Below the pieces are notes generated by a model. That model did no database searches and had not been told where the DNA came from. It worked only from the letters and a program-made list of their open reading frames with translations. From Haliotis cracherodii (Eukaryota): a DNA stretch of 64,000 nt. The stretch covers positions 58,590,001 to 58,654,000 of the forward strand of contig NW_027266308.1 of assembly GCF_022045235.1 (NCBI RefSeq), read 5' to 3'. Shown here piece by piece: positions 26,340-36,959 of the stretch (position 1 is the stretch's first letter; each line of letters begins with the position of its first letter). The translations under genes and the position numbers were made by a program.

Positions 26340-27724
26340 CTATTTGGCGGCCACAGATCCACCTTTGAGGCCGGTCACAAGCAGAACAACGCCGACAACG
26401 ATCTCCAACACCATGGCGAACACAGCCAAGATGAATGAGTAGCCCAGGTCGCCGTCCACGATAGTGGCACCGAGGGCAACACGTAGTTTGTCTCCATTGC
26501 CGTATTCCGCACCGAATATTATGATGCCGATCAAGTAAAGAACACCTGGAAATGAAATGGATCGGTAAACAGCCCTTACTGGCTTATTCAAATTTCTCTC
26601 GTTGTTACATAATTACATTTGTGTAGACATAAAAACTCCAAGGTTTTAAATAATTTAGGCTATGGTATGAAAGATAAATACGTTAGTGTAGGAGGCTTAA
26701 CTAGAAACATGCATTATACTCATTTCAAATATAGTGATGTCTACTCGTGTCACTTAAATATCGGCAATTGTCAGTTATCAAATCGTATTGTTTTAAAATT
26801 ATTATCAACAAAAACAGACCTGTGAAGTTACAGTGTTCATACGATGTTTCCACATAATTAGGCCAACGTTTAATCATAAGGTAACACAAAAAATGCATTA
26901 ATGCAAAATATTGATGAACATTGCAAGCATGAATGATATGGGAAAGAGGACAGCACAAATTTCTTCATGTATTGTTTACTTCTTGTTCAAGTCACACTAA
27001 ACTGAATCAATAATGTTAGTGTGAGTTGTTTGACGCCATACCTGTAACAATAGCTTGAATGCCGTTAACTTTATCGATGTCGGAGACGTCGGCACACTTG
27101 CTTGTGAATATCTTGAGGATGATGATGAGGCACATTGCGTTGAGTCCCAGAAATCCAATTGATACCAAAGCCTGAACAGCGCCATAATACGCTGACACCC
27201 AAACCATACACCCTTACTTACTGATCTTCGGCATGAGAGGCGAAAGACGTTATCATTAATGTGTCCAAAGAGCCAATGGTTTTTGAATATATTGAAGCAG
27301 TTATGGTCTTGGTGCATCTTTGTTTCCCGGGTTTTACTATTATAGCATAGCTATTGTCATTGTCCGAACATATTCCCCCATAAATCACCCCATAAATAGA
27401 AAACACTCTAATCTAATAATATATATAATATATATCTATAATATAATGTTGTTTAATAAAAGGATAATATACTTTACCGAGATTTGTCCCGTCAATCTGG
27501 GTGCATACAGATACAACTTTACCGAAGCCGGTATCCGTGCCTGTTCCACATATTCTCCACAGCCCGTTGCCAGTGAAAGTCTCCTTATTTGTATTTGTAA
27601 ATTGACGAGCCCATGCTGCAGTAGTAAAGGCTATCCAGTTACACATGTTCCCTAAAAGAGCAAGAACAAGAACAACGATGCCAATGGCACCGGCACCCTT
27701 CAGACTCTCAAACACTCCTGCCAT
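26340..27724 (-). CDS. Claudin/PMP22-superfamily tetraspan protein, paralogue 5 (~200 aa)
   Basis: Exons 27724-27478, 27191-27042, 26545-26340; open 603-nt frame; GNGLWRIC-x14-C; near-identical to paralogues 4 and 6. Confidence 0.88.
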
Positions 27725-27929
27725 GTTATATATAACTAGACGATGGTTCTGTCGTTATAAGTTGACATGAAAATACAACCGACCAGTTCTTCGACTGTTT
27801 TAATTCTGTTTCCTAAGCAATTTCTCACCTTGTCATTTGAATGGCTGTTGCTACAACAGTGTAACCAAGCCCATAGCTGCTTCAATATGATCAACAACCA
27901 TTAGCTCCTTTGGGCTGATAAAAGGTGAA

Positions 27930-29543
27930 ATTGTTCGCCTGTCACGTTGACGAACAGTAAATAAGAGTTTATGGTTTGGGTTTCAGCGTAGTATGGCGCT
28001 GTTCAGGCTTTGATATATACATATATTCTTGATTCCTCAATAGAGAGAGAGAGAGATATTTGGAGATTTTACGAGCGCTTCAGCCTCTGGCTATTTCGCA
28101 CTCGGGGCTGACGGTTCTTATAAAATATGGAATAGTGGGAATAAATGTAAACGTCTAGCCCAAAAAACTGTAAGTGAAGGGGGATAAAGTAATGAGAAGA
28201 GCGGTTGGGGTTTTAGTGGCCGTAGAGAGCCGAAGAGGTATAAAAGTTCTACGTTAGCCAGGTTTATTTGGGGTATGATAACTAGGATAGATAGAGTGAT
28301 AGAAGTAATCAGTTAAGCTGATGTATGACTACTACTAATAAACGTATTAATTTATTAAGGGAAAAGATAATGGATAATGTAGGTAACCTAAGTTAAAAAC
28401 AGGGGCCTAGCGCGGGGAGAGAGTTACAGACATATAAATACAGTATTTGTAAGTGTACGAAAAGGGGCATTTTTATGTTAAGTTTATCCCTACTCACATG
28501 TCAGAACATATAATGTCTCTTCACAATGTCTATATATTTCTTCACCTGGAAGATACCTTTGACTGCAGCTTTTGTAAAGTTCTCTACAGTCTCTGGATTG
28601 TCTGGGATGGGGGGCGTACATGCCAGGAGACAGCAAACTAACTCAATTCCATGCTTTTTATGGAGAGCCACGCATACTTCCACTGGACAATTGTCCACAA
28701 TGCTACACCACCAATTGTCTCTGAGATGCTCTGTCTCCGACATCAATAAAGTCAACGACATCCAAAGAACTCACACTGACATAATTGAATCAGATCAGTT
28801 TGACCGGAACAAGGAGTAAAAGCTCCATGAATAAAATAGTGTTTCCCTCTTTCTTAAAACATTCATGTTCTGCCAGTTTGTTATGTGTTTCAAGCTGTTG
28901 CATTAATGCATTTTTTGTCACACCTTATGAAAACTTGTATTAAGCACCCTAAAAAGTTGACAATGTGGAAATCCAGACTGAAGTTACGTTTGTTTTTCAA
29001 CATATATTCGACCCTATCGTATGAACACTGTTACTTTCAGGTGTGTTTTTGTTGATAATAACTTTAATGCAATACGATTGGGTATTTGACATTTCTGATA
29101 TTCAGGCGACACGAGTATCCATCACTTTATTTGAAAAGAGTATAATGCCTGATTCTAGTTTAGTCTCCAACACTAATATATTCACGTGTCTTACCATAGC
29201 CTAAGTTATTTAAAAACTTGAAGTTTTTATATCTACACAAATGAATTTATGTAACAGTGAGCGTAATTTGAATAAGCCAGTAAGGTCTGTTTACCGATCC
29301 CTTTCAAGTAAAATGTTGAATTAGATATGTTTAAACTATATCATTTCCAGGTGTTTTTTACTTGGTGGGCATCATTATATTCGGTGCAGAATAAGGTAAT
29401 GGAGACAAACTACGTACTCCCTTCAGTATCACTGTCGTGCTACTCATTCGTCTTGGCTGTGTTCGCCATGTTGCTTGGGATTTTTTGTCGGCGTTGTTCT
29501 GCTTTTGGCTTGCCTAAGGGGCGGATCTGTGGCCGCCAAATAG
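27930..29543 (+). pseudogene. Inverted claudin-like pseudogene (end of intron 1, exon 2, intron 2, exon 3; no exon 1)
   Basis: Acceptor TTTCAG then exon 2 from 27987 with in-frame TAG (27989-27991), an insertion at ~28040-28730, then VSDINKVNDIQ. Exon 3 from 29351 reads GVFYLVGIIIFGAE* (TAA 29392-29394), has frameshifts, and ends GGSVAAK* at 29543. Confidence 0.88.
28040..28730 (-). mobile_element. Probable 5'-truncated LINE 3' end inserted in pseudogene exon 2
   Basis: Interrupts exon-2 homology. Minus strand shows an ORF end (LRDNWWCSIV...AAVKGIFQ...HYMF*), a UTR-like stretch and a (CT)n tail. Confidence 0.5.
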
Positions 29544-29649
29544 TAACCACTGTATGCAGTCAGGGGGAATGGGAGAATAGTTTTACAGTTTTACAAATAG
29601 TAGCTTCTATTCCTTTGACGTTAGTATCAAGATCAATTGATAAATGACC

Positions 29650-29975
29650 ACACCACAGAAAAACACCACACCACACTACACCACACTACACCACACCACA
29701 CCACGCCATGACACACCACACCACACCACACCACACCACACCACACCACACCACACCACACCACACCGCGCCACACCANNNNNNNNNNNNNNNNNNNNNN
29801 NNNNNNNNNNNNNNNNNNNNNNNNNNNNNNNNNNNNNNNNNNNNNNNNNNNNNNNNNNNNNNNNNNNNNNNNNNNNNNNNNNNNNNNNNNNNNNNNNNNN
29901 NNNNNNNNNNNNNNNNNNNNNNNNNNNNNNNNNNNNNNCACCACGCCATGCCACACAAAACCACACCACACCACA
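29650..29975. repeat. (CACAC)n microsatellite (inverted copy of the spacer repeat), contains a gap
   Basis: Direct. Confidence 0.85.
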
Positions 29976-30779
29976 CCTGGTTACATTTGGTCTTCAGCAA
30001 CCCATGCTTGCCGTAAAAGGCGACTATGATTGTCGTAAAAAGGAGACAAACGGCATTGGTGAGTGCGGCGTTAAACAACAAACAAACAAACAAACAAACA
30101 AACACCACACGCGACATTAAACCCAGTTGTGCTCTTTCAATGTTCTGAGATCCTAATAACCATAACATATATAGTAGACGCAATACACTCTCTCGCGACC
30201 TCGTATACCTTCACAACTGGTGAACGCTTGATTGACACATATTGTTGTCTTGTCTCCCATGTTAGTGTTCCTGTCATGAATAATGTGCAATGTGGAAGTA
30301 TATAAAATATAAATACTTCTTGTTGTCAAGATGGCTATTCTCAACCAAATACCTATGGTATTCACACTGCAACATCACAGACAATGATGTTATTTCGGAA
30401 ACACAGCTTGCAGTCAAATATTGTGCTGAATAATATAATGTGATTTGTTATAGTTATCATGTATACGGTAATTGTATGAGCCATAGATACAAATGAATGT
30501 TTGCGCACTAATGACTTAACAAACAAACATTGATTGGCGATTGATTCTCAACCATTTTCTTACACTGTTCGGGGTTTGGACCCAACGTGTCAAGCTGTCA
30601 GTTTGGGAACCGTTCATTTGCTCGTCAGTTTTAGCTGTTGGATAACATGTATCATATGTACTAGTCGATGAACTTTATATTTCAGGGTTCAGGCCACATT
30701 GCCCATACTGCAGATGAAAGATGAATCATATATTAAAGTCACATGCCCAGCGTGCCACATACCCATCCTATTTTGGATA

Positions 30780-31240
30780 TGTTACCTAAATATAGACCCA
30801 TCCAACTTAGAACATTAATAGAACTTAAGAAAAGACAATTGCAAACGTAATACTAACTTTATGATATTTCTGTAATGAGACAAGCACACAGGCATACAGG
30901 CCACACTGCACATAGTGCAGATGAAAGAAGAATCATATTAAAGTCACATGCCCAGCGTGTTACACTCTCGCCATCTCATTTTAAATATATTACATAAATT
31001 TAGACCTATAAAACTTACAACATTAATAGCGCTTACATACAAAAAGGACAACGCATTCATCCTCTACTAAACGAAGGTTACTGTCTTTACATTCAGAATT
31101 TCTATAAGGTATATTTAATGTATATTTTTCACATAATAATGTCGAAAGTTGTTCAGAGTGTTTCGAAGTTTACACATTGCTCTAACAAATCGTTTGTCTC
31201 TGAGTACAGTTATATAAAACTCAGGTTGCAGAAAAGATTA
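30780..31240 (-). mobile_element. Inverted copy of the decayed spacer LINE fragment
   Basis: Reverse complement of ~24460-24860 / 32440-32860. Confidence 0.65.
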
Positions 31241-32009
31241 TAACAAAGAATGATCTCATACATAGCGAATCATACATAAACCGTCAAGTTATTCTAGTAT
31301 ATTTGTCATCATGTTACTGACAACACATGTTTCACATAACGAGTGGAATGGAATGTTTCTATTCCAGCATTTTGATATGTTTCCACATACCAACATCGTG
31401 TACAATGTATATGTGATTGTTTAAAACGGAAGTGTAATTGATTACGTCAAGAAACATCTGCAATACTGCTTTGTAGAGCCTTCACATGCCTGCTGCATTG
31501 AACTGGACACAAAGAGATGTCTCTAAATCTTGTCACAAGCTAACTTATTTTCATACTGTGTGAATGGATTTATGAATAAACATAACAAATAGATTAGAAA
31601 ATGGTCTTTACGATCGCATTGATATTGATTTCAAATAAAGGTAAGGTCATTAGTCCGGAGTACTACAAGCANNNNNNNNNNNNNNNNNNNNNNNNNNNNN
31701 NNNNNNNNNNNNNNNNNNNNNNNNNNNNNNNNNNNNNNNNNNNNNNNNNNNNNNNNNNNNNNNNNNNNNNNNNNNNNNNNNNNNNNNNNNNNNNNNNNNN
31801 NNNNNNNNNNNNNNNNNNNNNNNNNNNNNNNNNNNNNNNNNNNNNNNNNNNNNNNNNNNNNNNNNNNNNNNNNNNNNNNNNNNNNNNNNNNNNNNNNNNN
31901 NNNNNNNNNNNNNNNNNNNNNNNNNNNNNNNNNNTAACTACGGATGTATAGAGCTTGCCCATTGAGATACCATACCGCAGTATTACATAAATACTAAACT
32001 CAGACAGCT

Positions 32010-32760
32010 GGAATTTCATCGAAAAAATAAAGTGTCCCCGAAAATTCTTGAAGCTTCATTTTATTTGGAAAAAGAAGTACTTGACGGCCTCAAATATTAA
32101 CTTGTTGCATGATTTTGCAGCTGCAGCTGCAAACATATCTGGTCTCAAATTTATGTTTTTAAATACGCCAATAAGGGTACTGAAGTACTGGATTAAGCTT
32201 TTGCGAGTGAATGCAAGTCGATACCCCTTCCCAAGTTATGTTCTGTTTAAATTATTAGAGGAGAATGTTAAAGTGAATAGGGCATCGTATGTTAGCAAAT
32301 GTTATTTAATCATGGTTTTGCGTGTGTGTGGTTGATGTTGGGGATACGAAGAGGTGTGTCTGCATTCAAAAGACGTTAAACAGATACTTTTGTTTTGAGG
32401 TTTCTCTCTTTTTAGTGCATTATGTTCATATAAAATATCTTCTTTAACCTGTGTTTTATATAACTGTACTGAGAGACAAACGATTTGATAGAGCAATGTG
32501 CAAACTTCGAAAGTCTCTAAACAACTGTCGAGTAAACATTATTTGCGAAAAGTCAGCCTTAACAATACCTTATACAGATTCTGTATGTAAAGACAGTGAC
32601 CTTCATTTAGTGGAGGATGAATGCAATGTACTTTTTGTATGTAAGAATTATAGTCTCTATCGAAATAGTTGTCTTATCTCATTCCAGAAATATGATAAAG
32701 GTAGAATTACGTTTGCAAATAAGTATAACTTAAGTGTATTAGTGTTCTATGTTTGATAGC
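32010..32760 (+). mobile_element. Decayed LINE ORF2 3' part (duplicate of 24010-24760)
   Basis: NTPIRVLKYWIKLLRVNASRYP and VCKDSDLHLVEDECNVLFVCKNYSLYR (LINE C-terminal zinc-knuckle-like). Confidence 0.75.
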
Positions 32761-33449
32761 TCCATATTTATGTAAAATATTTAAAATGAGATGGGTAGGG
32801 CGTAACACGCTTGGCATGTGACTTTCATATGATTCTTCTTTCATCTGCATTATGTGCAGTGTGGCCTGAGTTAAGAAATATAAAGTTGATTGACGAGTAC
32901 ATATGATACCTAGTATCCAACAGCTAAAACTGACGAGCAAATGAACGGTTACCAAGCTGAAATTTTGACACGTTGGTCCAAACCCGGAATAGTGTAAGAA
33001 AATGGTAGAGAATCAATCGCCAATCAATGTTTGTTAAGTCATTAGTGCGCAAACATTCATTTGTATCTATGGCTCAAACGATTACCGTATACATGATAAC
33101 TATAACAAATCACATTATATTATTCAGCACAATATTTGACTGCAAGCTGTGTTTTCGAAATTACATCATTGTCTGTGATGTTGCAGTGTGAATACCATAG
33201 GTATTTGGTTGAGAATAGCCGGCTTGACAACAAGAAGTATTTATATTTTATATACTTCCACAGGACACATTATTCATGACAGGAACACTAACATGGGAGA
33301 CTAGACAACAATACATCTCAATCAAGCGTTCACCAGTTGTGAAGGTATACGAGATCGCGAGAGAGTGTATTGTGTCTTTTATGTTATGGTTATTACAATC
33401 TCAGAACATGGAAAGAGCACAACTGGGTTTAATGTCGCTTTTGTATGAT

Positions 33450-33875
33450 GTTTGTTTGTTTGTTGTTTAACGCCGCACCCAATCCAGTGATTAACATCAT
33501 GAGCATCAATCCATTGGGATAAGATGGCATGCACAACCAAGTGAGCGAACTTGTCCACCAGATGCCGTTTGTCTCCTCTCACGACAAGCATAGTCCCTTT
33601 TATGGCAAGCAATTCTAACCAAGATCTTCACGGGTCAGTGTGGTGTGGTGTTACTATGTTAGGGTTATTACAAACCTAGAACATTGAAAGAGCACAAATG
33701 GGTTTAATGTCGCGTGTGGTGTTTGTTTGTTTGTTGTTTAACGCCGCACCACGCAAATGAGTTACGATGACATGCATCAACCAAGTAGGCTAGACTGACC
33801 ACCCAATGTCGTTTGTCTCTTCTTACGACAATCATAGTCGCCTTTTACGGCAAGCATGGGTTGCTGAAGACCAAA
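33450..33875 (-). mobile_element. Two partial retroposon family C copies (local tandem duplication)
   Basis: Family C sequence at ~33450-33635 and ~33720-33875, each preceded by the same GAAAGAGCACAA...GGGTTTAATGTCGC flank. Confidence 0.7.
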
Positions 33876-33876
33876 T

Positions 33877-34220
33877 GTGGTGTGGTGTGGTGTGGTGTGG
33901 TGTGGTGTGGCGTGGCGTGGTGTGGTGTGGTTTCGCGTGGTGTGGTGTGGTGTGGTGTGGTGTGGTGTGGTGTGGCGTGGCGTGGTGTGGTGTGGTTTCG
34001 CGTGGTGTGGTGTGGTGTGGTGTGGTATGGTGTGGTGTGGTGTGGTTTCGAGTGGTGTGGTGTGGTTTCGCGTGGTGTTGTCTTGGGTGGTGTGGTGTGG
34101 TGTGGTGTGGTGTGGTGTGGTGTGGCATAGCGTGGTGTGGTGTGGTTTCGCGTGGTGTGGTGTGGTTTCGCTTGGCGTGGTGTGGCGTGGTGTGGTGTGG
34201 TGTGGTGTGGTGTAGTGTGG
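33877..34220. repeat. (GTGTG)n microsatellite with GTTTCGC interruptions
   Basis: Direct. Confidence 0.9.
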
Positions 34221-34666
34221 TCATTTATGGATATTGTTAATATTAACGTCTAAGTAATAGAAACGACAAAACTCATTGTGAAAATGTAAAAACACTTTGA
34301 TTCATTTCTTTTATTTTCCGACGGTAAATAGTTTGCATAGTACCCATCTTCATTGAAGTGAGACGTCTGGTGAAAAATAGTTTAAGCCTGGTTTGTATAG
34401 TTCCAGTCATGGTAGCTGACATCTCATTCAAGACATTCGGCAGGGATATTGTATATGACAAGCATTGTTCAAGGGGATGTAAGGAAATCACCATCACAAT
34501 GGTATTGTAAAGAAGGCAAGATAAGAAGTTCAAAGTGAAGCCTTGTCACAGGGTTGGAGTACTTCCTGCAGGGAAACTTGACTTGACAACATCGGTTGTG
34601 TCGACTTCATCCTTCCACGATACTGCAGAATATGCTTCCATTCCCCTTGACTTTATATAGTGGTTA

Positions 34667-36387
34667 CTATTTGGCGGCCACAGATCCACCTTTGAGGCTG
34701 GTCACAAGCAGAACAACGCCGACAACGATCTCAAGCAACATGGCGAACACAGCCAAGACGAATGAGTAGCCCAGGTCGCCGTCCACGATAGTGGTACCGA
34801 CTACGGTACGAAGTTTGTCTCCATTGCCGTATTCCGCACCAAATATAATGATGCCGATCAAGTAAAGAACACCTGGAAATGATACCGTTTAAACATATTT
34901 ATTTCAACTTTACTTGAAAGGGATAGGTAAACAGGCCTTACTGGCTTATTCAAATTACGCTCCTTGTTGAATAATTACATTTGTTTAGACATAAAAGCGT
35001 CGAGGTTATAATAATTTAGGCTATGGTATGAAAGGTGATATCGTTAGTGTAGTAGTCTTAACTAGAAACAGGCATTATACTCATATCAAATAATGTGAGG
35101 TGAAATGTGGTTTAACGTCGCGTCCAAGATTATTGCACTTATATAGCGACGTACATGTACGTGTGTGTGTTTGTGTGACTGCTTGTACTAGTCCGGACTG
35201 ATGCCGATTTATAGTGCTAGCTCACTGAGATACCATGCCGCAGTTTAACATGAATACCCCACTCAGACACAGTATACTGACTCCGAGCCGACCATTCCTT
35301 GTTTTAGCCCCTTAATGCCGAGCGCCAGACAGGGTAACAACAAATACCATCTTTTAACGTCTTTTGGTATGACGCGGCAAGGGATCGAACCCCGTACCTT
35401 CCGCTCTCCGGGCGGACGCTCTACCACCATACCACGGAGGCGGTACCATATCAAATAAAGTGATGTGAACACGTGTCACCTAGTTATCAGCAATTGTCAA
35501 TTAACTATTCGAACTGTTTTTAAATTATTATTAAAAAAAAAGTTGTTATAATCTAACACAAAAATGCATTGGTACAATATATTAATAAACATTATAAATG
35601 GTAAAAAACATGAATCATATAAGAAAAAGGGAAGCACGATTTTCTTCATGTATTGTTTACTTCTTGTTCAAGTCAAACTGAACTGAATCAATAATGTTAG
35701 TGTGAGTTGTTTGACGCCATACCTGTAACGATAGCTTGGATGCCGTTGACTTTATCGATGTCAGAGACGTCGGCACACTTGCTTGTGAACATCTTGAGGA
35801 TGATGATGAGGCACATTGCGTTGAGTCCCAGAAATCCAATTGATACCAAAGCCTGAACAGCGCCATAATACGCTGAAACCCAAACCATAAACTCTTACCT
35901 ACTGATCTTCAGCGTGACAGGCGACCGAACTTATCATTAATCTGCCCAAAGGAGCCAATTTTGTTTGAATATATTGAAGCAGCTATGGTCTTGGCGCATC
36001 TTTGTTTCCCGGGTTTTACTATTAGCATAGCTATTGTCATTGTCCGAACATTTCCCCCCATAAATAAAAAAAACTCTAATCAAATATAATATCTATATCT
36101 ATAATAGAATGTTGTTTGATAAAAGGATAATATACTTTACCGAGATTGGTTCCGTCTATCTGGGTGCATACAGATACAACTTTACCGAAGCCGGTATCCG
36201 TGCCTGTTCCACATATTCTCCACAGCCCGTAGCCAGTGAAAGTCTCCTTATTTGTATTTGTAAACTCACGAGCCCATGCTGCAGTAGGAAAGGCTATCCA
36301 GTTACACATGTTCCCTAAAAGAGCAAGAATAAGAACAACGATGCCAATGGCACCGGCACCCTTCAGACTATCAAACACTCCCGCCAT
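34667..36387 (-). CDS. Claudin/PMP22-superfamily tetraspan protein, paralogue 6 (~200 aa)
   Basis: Exons 36387-36141, 35872-35723, 34872-34667; open 603-nt frame; GYGLWRIC-x14-C. Confidence 0.9.
35094..35446 (-). mobile_element. SINE family D (tRNA head + Meta/MESC-like central domain), full length, in intron 2 of paralogue 6
   Basis: Head with GGTTCGATCCC, then GTCATACCAAAAGACGTTAAAAGATGGTATTTGTTG...GGCGCTCGGCATTAAG; TSD CATATCAAATAA at 35082-35093 and 35447-35458. Confidence 0.88.
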
Positions 36388-36959
36388 GTTATGTATTACT
36401 CGACGAAGCTTCTGTTGTTATAATTTGACATGAAATGACAACCGACCAGTTCGTCGACTGTTTTAAGTCTGTTGTCTGAGCAAACAAATGTATTTCTTCC
36501 CTTGTCATTTGCATGGCTGTTGCTACAACTTTGTAACCATCATGGAATTCGTAACCTGATTGGTCGACAACGCAACAAAAAATGATCTCATACACAGCGA
36601 CGCATACACAAACCTTTAAGTTATTCGAGTATATTCGTAATTACTTATTGTCACGAGACGGACCGTGCATTTTTCAAATCTTACGTATATCCAAAGAAGT
36701 ATCTGAAAATTAATTAAATGAAATGTTTTAATATCACAAAATCGTGCATACGCGATTGTTTAAAACTACTGTTTTGTGGAACCTTAAGATGTGTGTTTAA
36801 ATGAAAATGGACATTGGTTCCCGCCCCGTGTTTTAAAACTCTATGATCGTATTAATATTGATTTCAAATAAGGTGGGGTTTGGTGAATGGAATTTCAATT
36901 CATCTTTCTTCACGTAATCGGTAACATTTGCCTTTTAAACAATCGCGTATACACGATTC

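Noticed and set aside
33806-34240. VVWCG / HHTTP repeat proteins (also 29633-30183, 20009-20551, 45534-46262)
   Set aside because: Translations of microsatellites and N gaps.
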